A stretch of DNA of 64,000 nucleotides from Callorhinchus milii. Lineage: Eukaryota. Below the pieces are notes generated by a model. It was not told the DNA's origin, made no database searches, and worked only from the letters and a program-made list of their open reading frames with translations. The stretch lies in contig NW_024704743.1 in NCBI RefSeq assembly GCF_018977255.1, positions 30,134,001-30,198,000 of the forward strand, given 5' to 3'. This document shows positions 24,436 through 36,772 of this stretch, in pieces. The position numbers and the translations under genes are program-made. Position 1 is the stretch's first letter. Each line of letters begins with the position of its first letter.

Positions 24436-25939
24436 AATATAAAAGACAAATGTTGTCATCTATAAATGTACAATTCTAAGACACAGAGGTTAAAGCTCTA
24501 CCTTATGCATTACACAAAAAAGTGTTCCCTCTAGTTAAGGCATGTGCCACAAACCGATAACTGAAAGAGAGCTTTTCACTTCTGAACTGATAGGTTGACA
24601 GTTTTGTCTCTTCCAGGCTAATTCTGAGTCAACCAAAAGCAGCTGTTAACAAGATCTTTAGCTGCTTGAAGAATACTAAATGTCTGGTCTAACAGAACAC
24701 TTCAGAGAGAGAGGATTCAGTTGGGAGGATAATGAACACACAGTGTAGCCTGTGTTCACTGTGAAGCAGCTCGGAAAGACACCACTGAACTTCAGAACAT
24801 TGATTTGTTATTGGCTATGTTCTGCCCAACTCTGATGTACTACTGTAGTAAAGAGAGCTTGTAGACTCCTGACTGACGGGCAAAGTGGGTTATTTTCATC
24901 CTTCATTTGTTGCTGGCTCAGAAATTAGCTCAGAATCACGGAGTATAAGTGGTCCTCTTGACTCCGCATCAGAGGAGTATCAAGCATCGTGTTGAGAGAT
25001 GAACTAATACTGCTAGTGCATTTCCTGTTCTTCCACCAGATCTTATATCATCACCACAGGACCACTTACCTAGCAGAGTCTAGGTGGCTGCATAATATTA
25101 GAAACAAGTTTGCACTGAAACAAATCATCCTGATTCTCTTTCCCATTCACCATAAAACTATTTTTTTGCAGACGCTACCCCTTTAAATATAAATTTACTA
25201 TAAACAGCACAGCACCACTTCTGTACCTAACAATTAGAGTGAATAAATTGTTTATGCAAATTTGAAAGTGAAATGCTGGGAGCTGCGAGTGTACATACTG
25301 ATTGGGCTCCCAGTGTCTATCAAAGGAAGTAACCTCGACCTCCATATTCACAAAAATGATGGATTGTGTTGGAAACAGGAAATAACCTTAACCTGCCTAT
25401 GCAAATCAATGTAACTGAAGCAGAAATACGTTTGATGTATTCATTTAAAAAGAAAGTGTCACTGAATTCACAGGCATTAACAGCCTGAGTTTATCGCTCA
25501 AGAGGCAATTTGCTACCATGTAACTGAACTTCAATCAAATATATTCAACAAACATTTACCACTGTTTACATTTATAAAATATGGGTTATCTCTCATCTTG
25601 GGTCTGATGAATTCTTCAGGCTCTTGGCAAATGTAACATATTTGTGTTAGAAATTGATTTCAATGCTTGTATTTTACTCGGCACTGTTAAGACTTCCGAG
25701 ACGTTGCCCCATGTGAAGAAGGGTGCTATAGAAATGCAGTTGTTGTTGTATTTGATACACATTACTGGAGGAAAACTGGAGCATATCTAACCCATTCCTG
25801 AGCTTTTCCTAGCAGCCCCTTCAGGATCGTCAGCAGATGTCACTGCTCGTCAGGTTTGCTCCACTCAGGGTCAATGCACCACCTTTCTGTTTTTACCCTG
25901 AGGTGCGTAATCCTAGTTTGTAAATTGTAAGCACCAGTG

Positions 25940-26092
25940 GGGGAGAAATTCCACCTGGGTCTATAAGGTCTATAAAGAACCGGATATAAACCAACTTCAA
26001 AGTTGAGGCTGAATTCAACGATTTGCCACATTCTGGAGCTCTAAAATGCAACATAAATAGAGTAATTTTAGACCCAGATGGAATTTCTCCCC
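25940..26092. mobile_element. Palindromic MITE, internally deleted, 153 bp
   Basis: Terminal inverted repeats GGGGAGAAATTCCACCTGGGTCTA / reverse-complement GGGGAGAAATTCCATCTGGGTCTA (23/24). Confidence 0.88.
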
Positions 26093-26754
26093 ATACACTA
26101 GGCTCTAGTGTTTATTTTTGCTCAATGGTTTATTTGTTTAGGAGGGCTGAAAGACAAAAAATACCTTTTACCTCTTGGTCAAGTTAGGTCTTGGTCCTGA
26201 TGTAAATTTACATTGTAATGTGTAGTAAAGTGATGCTGTCAGAGCAGATTATTGGGTAAAACACTCATCACATTGACACATTGTTAGAATTCATAGAACA
26301 GTCTTGACATGTTGACATATTTCACTTCTGTCTGTCCATCTCAATATGCAGATTGTTATCATTAACATTTTTACTTACTTCAGTAGTCATGGGAGTGCTC
26401 GATGAGAGATCAGTTGTCATATTAAAAAAGATAAAGTAACGTTTGAGTAATTATTCAAAGTGCGTGCAGGTCTTTAAGTCACTTCACAGATTGAGTTGAA
26501 CTTGTATCTTGATAAACATGACTAGTTAGCCAAAAGAATGGGATTTTAAATCCCTATGCATTGCTTATACTGCAGAAAATGATATTTCAATCGAGACTCC
26601 TTCAGAATTAATTTGATAGTTGAATTGTAACTACAGCTGTATTTGATTAGATAAATATTAATAAGAATTACATCTTATAAGGTGTTAATATTCCTATTTC
26701 TCTGTCTTCCTTATTCCCTTTTCCCTATTTTACTTCTCATTCAGTTATTTTCTT

Positions 26755-26958
26755 AGTCAATTTACGCTTTCTGGGGGTAATTCCTCCAAAATCAATGAAT
26801 AAATTGGTCACTCAATCCACGACTACTGTGTGCAATTGGCTGTCATGTTTTGCCCACAAAATACACAGTTAATAAACTTTACAATATATTCTATGAAGCT
26901 CTTTGAGACGTCTCAACAATGTGATAAGGCCCTTTATCAAATGCAAGAATTATTATTA
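26755..26958 (+). mobile_element. tRNA-SINE 3' half
   Basis: aaattggtcactcaatccacgact..gtgcaattggctg...tatcaaatgcaagaattattatta. Confidence 0.8.
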
Positions 26959-27191
26959 ATATGAGACATATTGTGGGATATTGCAGTGTGCAAATTGGCT
27001 GCCACATTAATCTAAAGAATACACAGTCTATACACTTTAAGGTAAATGCTGTGGAACTCTTTGAGACAACCTTCTGACGTGAAAAGAACAATATGTATAT
27101 TTCATTATATTACCTACAAATACACAGTATTAAACTTCACAGTAAAATCTTATGAAGCACTTTGAGTTATCTCGGTGATGTGATAATGTAG

Positions 27192-27503
27192 TAATAATAA
27201 TAATAATAATCCTTGCATTTGATGTAGCGCTTTTCACATCTTCTAGATGTCTCAAAGCACTTCACAGAATATACTGTAAAGTGAATTGACTGTATATTTG
27301 TGGGCGAACGCGGCAGCCAATTGCGCACAGCAATGTCCCACAAACAGTCGTAGATTGAAAATGACCAATTTATTATTGTTTTGTTTTGGAGGGATTATTA
27401 TTAGGCGTGTGGAGTAAGGAAACTTGCCCAAGGTTTTGCCCTGCCTGGAATTGAACTCAGGTCTCTCGCTTGCAAAGCGAATGCTCTAACCACTGAGCTA
27501 CAG
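27192..27503 (-). mobile_element. Near full-length tRNA-SINE, short variant
   Basis: High similarity to the 17752 and 37500 copies. Confidence 0.92.
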
Positions 27504-27628
27504 TAAATACTACTAAGCACTAAGTATTAGAATTATTATTAACATTATTGCTATCACTGTGTAATCACCAAACGTCAGCCTGTCTCAGTTGGTAGGACTC
27601 TTACCTCAAGACCTCACTTTGAGCTCAT

Positions 27629-27869
27629 AGGGAGAAATTCCCTTCTCTTTTCATATCGTGCCATGGATCTTTAACATCCACCTGAAATAGGCAGCTGGGA
27701 CGTTCAGTTTAACATGTGATTCAATGGACAGCATCTCTTTTATTGCAATACTCCACCAGTACTGCTTTGGAGCATCAGCTTGGATTATAAACTCAAAGCG
27801 ACTGTATGGGTTTTAACCCACAACCTTCTGCCCCACAGGCAAGAGTGCTACCACCTGAATCAGGCTGAC
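27629..27869 (-). mobile_element. Deu-domain SINE 5' part, faced by an inverted head fragment at 27574-27610
   Basis: Deu core plus head gtcagcctgattcaggtggtagcactcttgcct (reverse complement); plus-strand gtcagcctgtctcagttggtaggactcttacctc at 27574. Confidence 0.8.
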
Positions 27870-28105
27870 ACTTTATGCTCCAAGCACCTGACAGGCCAAG
27901 GTAGGCAGACACCTGTGGCCGCAAATAGTAAATCACCAACATTATTTGCTGCCACTGGGCAAACTGTTCCATGTATTTGTCATCTTAATTCAAAGCTAAT
28001 ACTCTTGCCTCTGGTTCACATGGTTGTGGGATCTAATCCACATATTGTGAACTCATAGATCAGGATTACACAAGTGGAAACTGTCAGCAACACCTGGATT
28101 ATAGT

Positions 28106-28482
28106 GGAGTCCTCTGGCTCTGTGGTTAGAGCACTCGCCTCGCACTGGAGAAACTTGGGTTTGACTCCCGGCAGGGCGAAATGTTGGGCAAGTTTCCTTA
28201 TCCCACATGCCTCTGTTTGGCTAGCAGTAAGTAGGAACCAGGTTGTTAGTCAATTGGCAGATTGTTTTTCCGGGGGTAATAATTTCTTCAAAAAAATAAA
28301 AATAAATTGGTCACTTCAATCCACGACTGTTTGTGGGACACTATTGTATACAATTGGTGCCACGTTTCGCTCGCAAAATATAGTCAATTCACTTTACAGT
28401 ATATTCTGTGAAGCACTTTGAGACATCGCGAAGATGTGATAATGCACTGTATCAAATACAAGTATTATTATTATTATTATTA
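28106..28482 (+). mobile_element. Full-length tRNA-SINE, long variant
   Basis: ggagtcctctggctctgtggttagagcactcgcc...; insert 28212-28276; (TTA)n tail. Confidence 0.92.
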
Positions 28483-29644
28483 TAAGAGCAGCCTTTGGTC
28501 CCAACCACAACACAGCAGATCCCTTCCAGCGGAGGTGGTGATGGAGTAGGGAAGTGAAAACCTGCAATAGAGGGGTGAGGGGAAGAGCGATAGAGAGGGG
28601 CTAACACTGTGAGGAGGAGAGAGGTCTAACACTAACTAGATGGTGAGAAATAGTAAAAGATTGACTATGGCTGCTGCACTGTTGGACTCTCATCAAAATC
28701 CCAGTTATTCGCAACCTATTGTACAGCGTAAACAGTATTTCATCCATCTCAGTTGACTTTATTCCAGGTTGTAAAACCTCTTATATTATAGATTATTGAG
28801 CGAAAGTGCAGCATCGCACATTACCTTTCTCCTTCAATAATACTGTGAGTGATTTATTATCATAAATCCACATTCCACACTCCCATTGATCAGTTTTACA
28901 TGGAAATATTGACATTATGGAACATCATCTTGACAAAAGTAGAAGTGATTTGCAGAGTTTTTATCTGAAAATATAATTTCAGGCTAAGCAAGCTCAAAAC
29001 AGGAGTCTTCCGTCAACGCAGATAAAGACTCATTAAAATTACACACCACATGCCACTATCATTCCTGAAGTATGCAATTGATCCAAATGTTGTGTCTCTA
29101 GCTATCTGTTAAAATACAATCTATGGGTGTATTAAAAGAGAAACCCCATTGAGCTATTGAGAAAATGTCACAAAGTACAGAAGTGAAACACGGGCAGTTT
29201 GTTTTGTCACATCCTACATGTTTTATTCTATAAATTATCGAAAGAACTTGTGTTGTTTTCTGTTTTCCTTCTTTTGCCAACAGGGTTGACAGGCATGGAT
29301 GGTTGGCTCCACCCAGAGAATCACGTGAACAAAATTTATATTTTACTGTGCAAGTTAAAGAGTGGTGCTCTCAGCATTGATTTCACTGTACATTCAAACT
29401 GGCTTTAAAAAAATGTGCACGGAATACAATCCTTTTGGTTCATTTTGATGTTTTAATTCCCCCCACCGCCCCCGTCAGTCAATTGTTGTATAATATTTAC
29501 AGGTTTTTAATTTGAGGTGTGTAGAGTCCAATATATTTTACGCTTGATCAAATCATGTTGTGTCTTTTTCACCTCATTGTTTAAAAATCCGGCTTGGCAC
29601 TGTCCAAATGCATCCATAGCCCTTGTCTCATTTCCAATAGATTA

Positions 29645-29796
29645 TTTACTTTCCAGAGTAAGGTAAGCAGGAGGTATCCCTCCTGGGAGCGACTGCACAT
29701 TCTATTCCAACAATCTATCTCTGGGATTTCCACGTGTAGGTGGAATGCATGGAACTCTTTGCTTGGTTTGGATACTCTTAAGCATGGTGATGACAC
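29645..29796 (-). mobile_element. Unassigned ancient repeat 'X', copy 3
   Basis: ggtaagcagga..tccctcctgggag...tgtaggtggaatgcatggaa...ggatactcttaagcatggtgat; close to 45140-45257. Confidence 0.8.
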
Positions 29797-29819
29797 TTGG
29801 CTTACAGCAAAAAACTGTT

Positions 29820-30050
29820 TATATGTTGCATAAGTGTGTGTGTGAACATGTTCCCATTTACATGACTGTAGATTCATGTGGAAGTCCATACTGTTTTGTG
29901 TGTATGGCTATGCATATAAATGCATGCACAAATGCATGTATGTATAGACATGTGGACTTGTGGGTCAGTGCACCTGTATGTGTGTTATTGGGTGTGTATT
30001 CATGTGTGCATGGGTATTCAACTCTGTATTTACATGTATGTGCATGTGAG
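29820..30050. repeat. Degenerate (TG/CA)n-derived low-complexity tract
   Basis: Alternating purine-pyrimidine tgtgtg/catgca-rich sequence. Confidence 0.7.
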
Positions 30051-32185
30051 GGTCTTCTCTTTGGCTTTCTGTGAGATTTGGCACAATCTACAGTATTCTG
30101 TTTTAACTTGTTTAAATTGCACGACTTTGGATATCAAGTACAGGCAGTGCTGCAGTTAAAGTTATGACAATAATAATCCTTGCATTTTATATAGTGCCTT
30201 TCGTGTTGGAAGGACATTTCAAAGTGCTTCACATGAATTACTGTAATGTGCAGTAACTGTTTATTTTGTAGGTGAATGTTATTAATATAAAGAAGATCCA
30301 CGCAGTAAAAGGCAATCACGGGTTATGTTTACTTTGGAAAGGATGAGGCTTTGAAGTGACCTCAAGATTTTACAAAGTTAAGTTTATGAAGGATTTTGTT
30401 TTTATAGCACATTAAGATTTAATTTACCGACATCACTGAATTTATAATCAAAAGCAGCAGCCAGTTTGTGGACAGAAAATTCCCCAAACAGCCATAGCAA
30501 AATGTAAAGGATTGTTAGCCAGGATACAAGGAGAAATTCCTTTCTTTTTCTGAATAGTGTCATGGAATTTTGAATAAGTGAATATTTGACCCCATTAACA
30601 GTATTGAGTACCCTGGCTAGCTGTATGGTTCTTTAGACTCACTACTGCTTTAGGGCAGCTAAAGTTTAATTTTTATTCAGGACGTTCATAGTCTTAAAAT
30701 GTCCAGCTGTTCATTAACTATGGTTTGTCTGAAGATCATCATTCTGATTGTAGTCTTGACCGTTGCCTTAAGGAACTAAAGCAATTCATCAAACGTTTTT
30801 CACTTGCCTGGTAGGCTGCTCCACTTTTTTTTGTCATTTGTAATGCTGTTTAAATGTGCAATAAATCAACCTTTTGCCAATAACACAATTGGAGTGATTG
30901 ACCACATGGGACTAAGAACAAACTTGAAAACTGCAGAAGGTCCAACTCCATGATTGCCACAACTAGCTCTCAGAATGTCGGCCGTGAACCCAGCATTCAA
31001 AATGGTAATGTCCAAATTGACTGCAATTATGAACACATTTCTGTCTCTTGTGTATCAGAGTGTGAGCTTTACCACATGGTGGGAGGTTGATTAGATTCTT
31101 GTTTGTAATGCAAAGTGCTGTTCTACTCCTCCTACACTTTCAAGCTCCAGACATTATTCCAATTGCCAACTTACACTCTTCAGGAAATTGCCTACTCACG
31201 TCCTCCCGATGTGAAAAGCGATGTACAAATGTAATTTGTTGTTGTTGTTGAAATCGTTATTATTTCTGGTGTTTTAGAGCTTCATTGTGCTTCAGTTATC
31301 CTACGATTATTTATTTTCTGGTGGTATAGCCAGGAGTTGAGATAGTCTCACCTGTTACAACATTTTCCTTCTGCTGCCATTCTTTGTGAAATGTATTGAT
31401 GTTTTGTGACAGGAAGGCACTAATTTTAGAAACACAGGATGAAAATCTCTCTCTGATGACTGTAAGGCTTTTGAGAGAAAATTGGTTCAAAACAATGCAG
31501 CCTAACAGTGCTTCCTAACAGGGAAGAAGCTTGCTGCTCAGTGCAAGTTGCCAGTCAAACCCACATATTTGGCGAACAGGAGTATCATTAGCAGTTGTGA
31601 TAGATAGAAATAAGATGCATGATTGTACATCTTACAAATGTGGATCTGTAATGAAATTCCTGGACATGTAAATCTCCACCACCCTCGCCTCTAATGCCAG
31701 GAGGTGTTAACAAATAGGCAGTGGTGGTTATTCTGCTAATGTTTCCTTCCCAGCTCTTGTGACTGTCAGGAGCAATGAGGCAAAGAATGGAGGTCATTGG
31801 AAGTCCACCAACTGTGTGGTACTCACATTGAACTCTGCTCATGTAAACCTGATACTCTTCGTGATAAAACTGTGTAGTGCACTGGGTTAGGATACAGCTT
31901 TTGACCCAGTGGAAAGAACGCTACCAGGTAAACCATACTGACACCTGATAATTGTTTAAAGGTACTTATGCCATTGAACTTTTGTCTGAATAGGTGATGG
32001 ACATGATAGTCACATGACTTTACATGATTCTCACTTGATAATACTACTAATAATATAATAATACCAATCCTTGCATTTAGTATGGTGCCTCTTCTACATA
32101 AGCATTCCTCATGTCTATGGCCCTCCCAAGTATTGGGGGTTGTGCCTCCCTTGAAGGCAGTGGGTTTGAAGGCTGGGCAATACCC

Positions 32186-32499
32186 ATAATAACAATAATA
32201 ATTCTTGCATTTGATATAGCGCCTTATCAAGTCTTCAAGATGTCTCAAAGCGCTTTTGCATACCGGAGTGTCCCACAAACAGTGGTGGATTGTGTGACCA
32301 AATTATCATTATTATTTATTTTATTTTTGAAGGGATTATTACCCCGAGAAAAGTGATCCACCAGTCGACTAACAACCGGGTTCCTACTTACTACTAGGTA
32401 AACAGAGGCGTGCATGTGGAGTGAGGAAATGTTTTGCCCTGTCCGGGAATCAAACCCAAGTTATCTTGTGAGTGCTCTAACCAATGCGCTATAGGATTC
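32186..32499 (-). mobile_element. tRNA-SINE long variant with internal deletions
   Basis: Tail, insert (gactaacaaccgggttcctacttact..ggtaaacagaggcgtg) and head present. Confidence 0.85.
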
Positions 32500-33303
32500 C
32501 ACTAGTCCTTCATGTCGGGAGGACGTTTCAAAGCAGTCAAAGGATTTACTGTAAAGTCTAGCGACTGTGGGTTTTGTAAACAGGCGCAACATCCACTTTA
32601 CCCAAAGCAATTTGCACACGTAGGTCATAGGGATACAACCATGAATATGATAACACGTACATAATGTTGATTCCAATTATGCATTAGATGCTCCAAAGTG
32701 GTCCTTTAGTTTGCTGTAGACCGATTTGGAGTGTGGAGCAGGATTCACATAACGCACTCCAAATGCCTCCAACCCAAAGCTGCCAAGAGCTCAGAAATTG
32801 CATAATCATCACTAAATGCATTTGAAGAGCTATGCTCTGTTGCTTTTTACTGTTCTTAACTAGCTCTTTAATAACATTGAAAACGATCCATTAAAAGTTC
32901 CTGGCAGTTCAATGTTTTAGAGCACCTTTCAAGTGGAGCCTGAATTAATTTGCTGTATCTGTGTTTATACTGTTCTACTGGGGCACCACTGATATCCTGC
33001 TGAAACCACCTCAACCCAGATTTATAATGGGGGGTGGGTGGGGGGAAGAGCTTTATGACCTTCCGCTGTGACTTTGGTTGTAAATTACAGCTAAAACAGC
33101 TGTATAAAGGGAGCGTCAGATTATATATAGCCTTCTATGGTCAATGTAACACAAAGAGAGTAGTTCAGAATTCTGAAGCTGTATTTGTTTTGAAGTGGCA
33201 GGTCTATAATAAGGTCAGCGCTCTGCAGCACATTTGTTTGAAAGTTTCCTGAGCTGAACACCAAATGCTACAGTATTTATACCGCAGCTGTATGTCTTCA
33301 CAT

Positions 33304-33748
33304 ACCTGGTGATCACTCGGGGCATCAGCGTCTCAGATGTCATCATCACCAACAAAACTATCTCTGACCACGATTTCATCTCACTCAATTCCTATATCCC
33401 TCTCCCCACTGTCTCCAAACCTACCACCATCTTCTACCGCCCGTGGAAGTAGATCTCCCCGCAACCCCTTCCGCTGCCCTGGAGTCCTCTGAACTCTTCT
33501 TCTTCTGGCCCACCTCCCGCACCAACCCATCCTCTGCGTTTACTCTCCTCCACAGCACCCTCTCCACCACACTCGACGCCCTTGCCCCCCTCACCTCCTG
33601 AACTGCCTCCTATTCCTGATCCTCACCCTGGTTCATCAGCCACCTCCGCTCACTCAAGGGCTCGGGTCCTGACCCCTGACTGTCCAGCGCCTTGGGACGT
33701 CCTCCCGTCGTGAAAGGCGCTCTATAAATGTAATTTTGTTGTTGTTGT
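33304..33748 (+). mobile_element. Internally deleted L2: endonuclease/linker fragment joined to the 3' tail
   Basis: Translates LVITRGISVSDVIITNKTISDHDFISL (APE SDH motif)...TLDALAPL...SPWFISHLRSLK, then at about 33658 gctcgggtcctgaccc..ctgtccagcgccttgggacgtcctccc tail with (ttg)n. Confidence 0.85.
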
Positions 33749-34014
33749 TCACAACACAGACTTTCTTTGAAGACAAAGAAAAAATACAAGCCCATGATAG
33801 TTTAACCCAATGCAAAAGCAATCCCTAATATATGTATATATACTGTATATCCTGATTTTTCAAATTTAAGCATTAATAAAAAGTTAACATTATTATATGT
33901 TTTATCTAACCACCTACTAGCTTTTTATATAAAATCAAACACAATAATTGTTAAAAAGAGTGCATCTCATGACAATGAATTATCTTGTGTATGTTGATTC
34001 ACTGTTGCTTTGTC

Positions 34015-34143
34015 GCAGTGCGCAATTGGCTGCCGGGTTTTGCCCACAAAATATGCAGTCAATTTACTTTTGTGAAGCGCTTTGAGAAGTCGCAACGACA
34101 TGATAAAGTGCTATATCAAATGCAAGAATTATTATCATTATTA
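34015..34143 (+). mobile_element. tRNA-SINE 3' fragment
   Basis: gtgcgcaattggctgcc...gctatatcaaatgcaagaattatt. Confidence 0.8.
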
Positions 34144-34554
34144 ATTAGACTTTTTTTGCAATGCCATCATTATATAGAGGGAAATTTGCCACCTGGGGCA
34201 TGATAATAATAATGATAATAATAATCCTTGCATTTGACGTTCAGTTAGAAATTACAGAAGCTCCAATCCCAACAACCATAACAATTTGCCTTGGAAGCCA
34301 TCTTTAGCTCATTGTCAATACCAAAACATCTACACCAGCACCATCAAGTGCTCACACACAGCGCCCCATTAACAGAAACAAGCTGCCTGTGTCAGGATAA
34401 CCATTTATTTACAATATATATTTCTATTATATGAAGTGGGCTGATATCCAGTCCATCACATCCAGCAAGGGCATTAAACGGGACAAGAGTTATAATAGAA
34501 ATATGGCTTTTATCCTGAGAACAATAAATGAATAAATAAATAATAACAAAAGGA

Positions 34555-34742
34555 AGATGGCTCAAAGCACTTCACAAGATTTACTACAAAGCGGAGTGAC
34601 TGGATAGTTTGTAGGCGAAGCTGGCAGCCAATTTGTGTACAGCAATGTCCCCCAAATAGGTATGAAGTGAATAACCAATCTTATCTGGATACTCGTTGGC
34701 AGAACACCAGGAGAAAAATCCTGTCTCTTTTTGAATCAGGGA
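34555..34742 (-). mobile_element. Deu-domain SINE 3' part
   Basis: ggcagccaatttgtgtacagcaatgtccc...caccaggagaaaaatcctgtctctttttgaat. Confidence 0.65.
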
Positions 34743-35629
34743 CTTCGGTTTAAAACTAAATTGAAAACAAGGGAAGAAAAATGAACTGGAAAGAAAGGCA
34801 ACACAGAAATAAATGGAAAGAATAAACAAAAATGTTTTAACTGTGTCTAACATGTATAATCTGATGCTCCCTTTAAAATCAGATGGTGAGCAATTTTCTG
34901 AATAATACCGCTTTGCAATTTGCATGATTCCATGATAGATTTAATGTGATAATTCTCATTGATAAAAGAACCCATCAAATCCACGGAATTTCAGTGGGTA
35001 ATTGTTTGAGATCTGATGCCCCATGAGCTAAGGCACAAAGATTTGCTCTGTAGGATCGTTTGAGAATTGTTTGGTCACAATCTTTGATACTGGCCGAGTG
35101 TAAATTGAAAAAATACGTTTTTATGATCTTGGAGGTAGCTTTTTTTGAGGCTCAAGTACACTGCATGGAGTCCGGAAATCTTTGGGATTAAAGACGCAAG
35201 TTCAGACCTGAAACTAGTCGATAATTAATGACTAAAATTCCAGCATTTCTCTGACAGATTCAGTGTGTTAATTATCACATCAACTCTGTTTTGAAATGTC
35301 ACAAAATTCACACCAATTGGAGTGGGGATGGGGGGGTGTTATTGCAATCAGTGACATTAATTATCACATTGTTGATAAAATGCTGGTCATCCCGAACAGC
35401 ATATCCCCCCCTCCCCCCATGAAGTGAATGACCAATTTTATTTTGTTAGCCAAACGTGTAAGATTGAGTTTGGTTGGTATTCTGCGAAATAGCAGTAAAA
35501 GGTGGTTCTCTGCAATTGGAAACAAAAATGGCTCCGTACATACTAAAGAGGAAACCAACGGAAACCAACCTCAACATACCTCAGTCACAAAAGACGTGTA
35601 GATGGCCTCGAGCCTTCCAAACTATTATT

Positions 35630-35890
35630 CGGCCAATTTTATTTGCCTGGACACTGGGAGAAACTCCCTTCTCTTGTTGAATAGTGCTATGGAACGTTTA
35701 ACGTCCATCTGAACAGGAAGATGTAATCTCAGTGTAATGTCTCATCCAAAGGACAGGACAAATGACACTTTGGGTAAAGAAATGCTTACTGATGTCTGTC
35801 CTGAAATTGTCCTTTTGTTTTACTGTCTTTATGCATCTGCAAGCAATGATCTGTCTTTGTTTTCTCAACCCTTTTACAATCTTATTGTAT
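35630..35890 (-). mobile_element. Deu SINE core fragment adjoining a CR1 ORF2 C-terminal fragment
   Basis: Deu core 35630-35760; KDNFRTDISKHFFTQSV and KIVKG in ORF 35698..35916. Confidence 0.65.
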
Positions 35891-35909
35891 GGTAGGGTGG
35901 TTTTAGTTG

Positions 35910-36018
35910 GACACAAGATTCCATTTTAGCTTCACGTCAGGAGGATGTCCCAAGGCGCTGCACAGTTGGGTCATGACCCGAGCAGGGGGGAAATGGTCAG
36001 GGTGGGGGGGGGGAGGGG

Positions 36019-36056
<38 letters not shown>

Positions 36057-36708
36057 AGAGAGTCGAGAGGGGAGCTGAAGGCTCGGTCAAAGAGAAAGGT
36101 TTTGAGACCGGCCTTGAAGGAGGAAAGGAGGAAGCAAGGCGAAGGCACTGGGGATGGAGTTCCAGAGCCTGGGGGCTGAGAGGCTGAAGGCCCGACCACC
36201 GATGGTAGGGCGGTTGGGGCGGGGACGTGGAGCAGACCAGAGCCAGAGGAACGGAGGGTACGGGCAGGTAGGTAGGGGGATAGTAGGTTGGAGAGGTAGG
36301 AAGCAGCAAGGCCGTGAATGGCCTTGTAGGTGAGGATGAGGATCTTGAAATCAATCCTCTGGGGGATGGGGAGCCAGTGGAGGCGAGCGAGGGTGGGAGT
36401 GATGTGGTCGCGAAGCCTGGTGCGGGACAGTACACGAGCTGCAGAGTTCTGAATGACCTGCAGCTTGTGGAGGGAGGTGCCGGGAAGGCCGGCGAGGAGA
36501 GAGTTCCCATAGTCCAGCCTTGAGGTGACAAAGGCGTGGACCAGGGTTTCAGCAGCGTGAGGGGTGAGGTAGTGCCGTAGTCTGGCGATGTTCCAAAGGT
36601 GATGGAAGGCGGTGCCAGTTGTAGTGCGGATGTGAGGGAGAAAGGACAGCTCAGGGTCGAACAAAACGCCGAGGTTCCTGACTGGCTTTGAGAGGTGGAG
36701 AGTGCAGC
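35910..36708 (-). mobile_element. Young 5'-truncated L2 LINE (ORF2 C-terminal ~200 aa plus 3'UTR)
   Basis: VRNLGVLFDPELSF...AETLVHAFVTSRLDYGNSLLAGLP...LQVIQNSAARVL...HITPTLARLHWLPIPQRIDFKILILTYKAIHG; G-tract 36001-36055. Confidence 0.95.
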
Positions 36709-36772
36709 CTTGTAAGCCTTGTAAGCAGCTGTAAGCTTGCCAAACAGCACCCTAAATGGCAAGCTACATGGT

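Noticed and set aside
31754..31926. Plus-strand exon-like segment with branch point, acceptor and CAG|GTAAAC donor
   Set aside because: Stops in all three frames and no other support; it cannot be called coding.
34502..34520. miR-135-like 5' sequence tatggctttt
   Set aside because: The match is limited to about 10 nt and there is no precursor hairpin.
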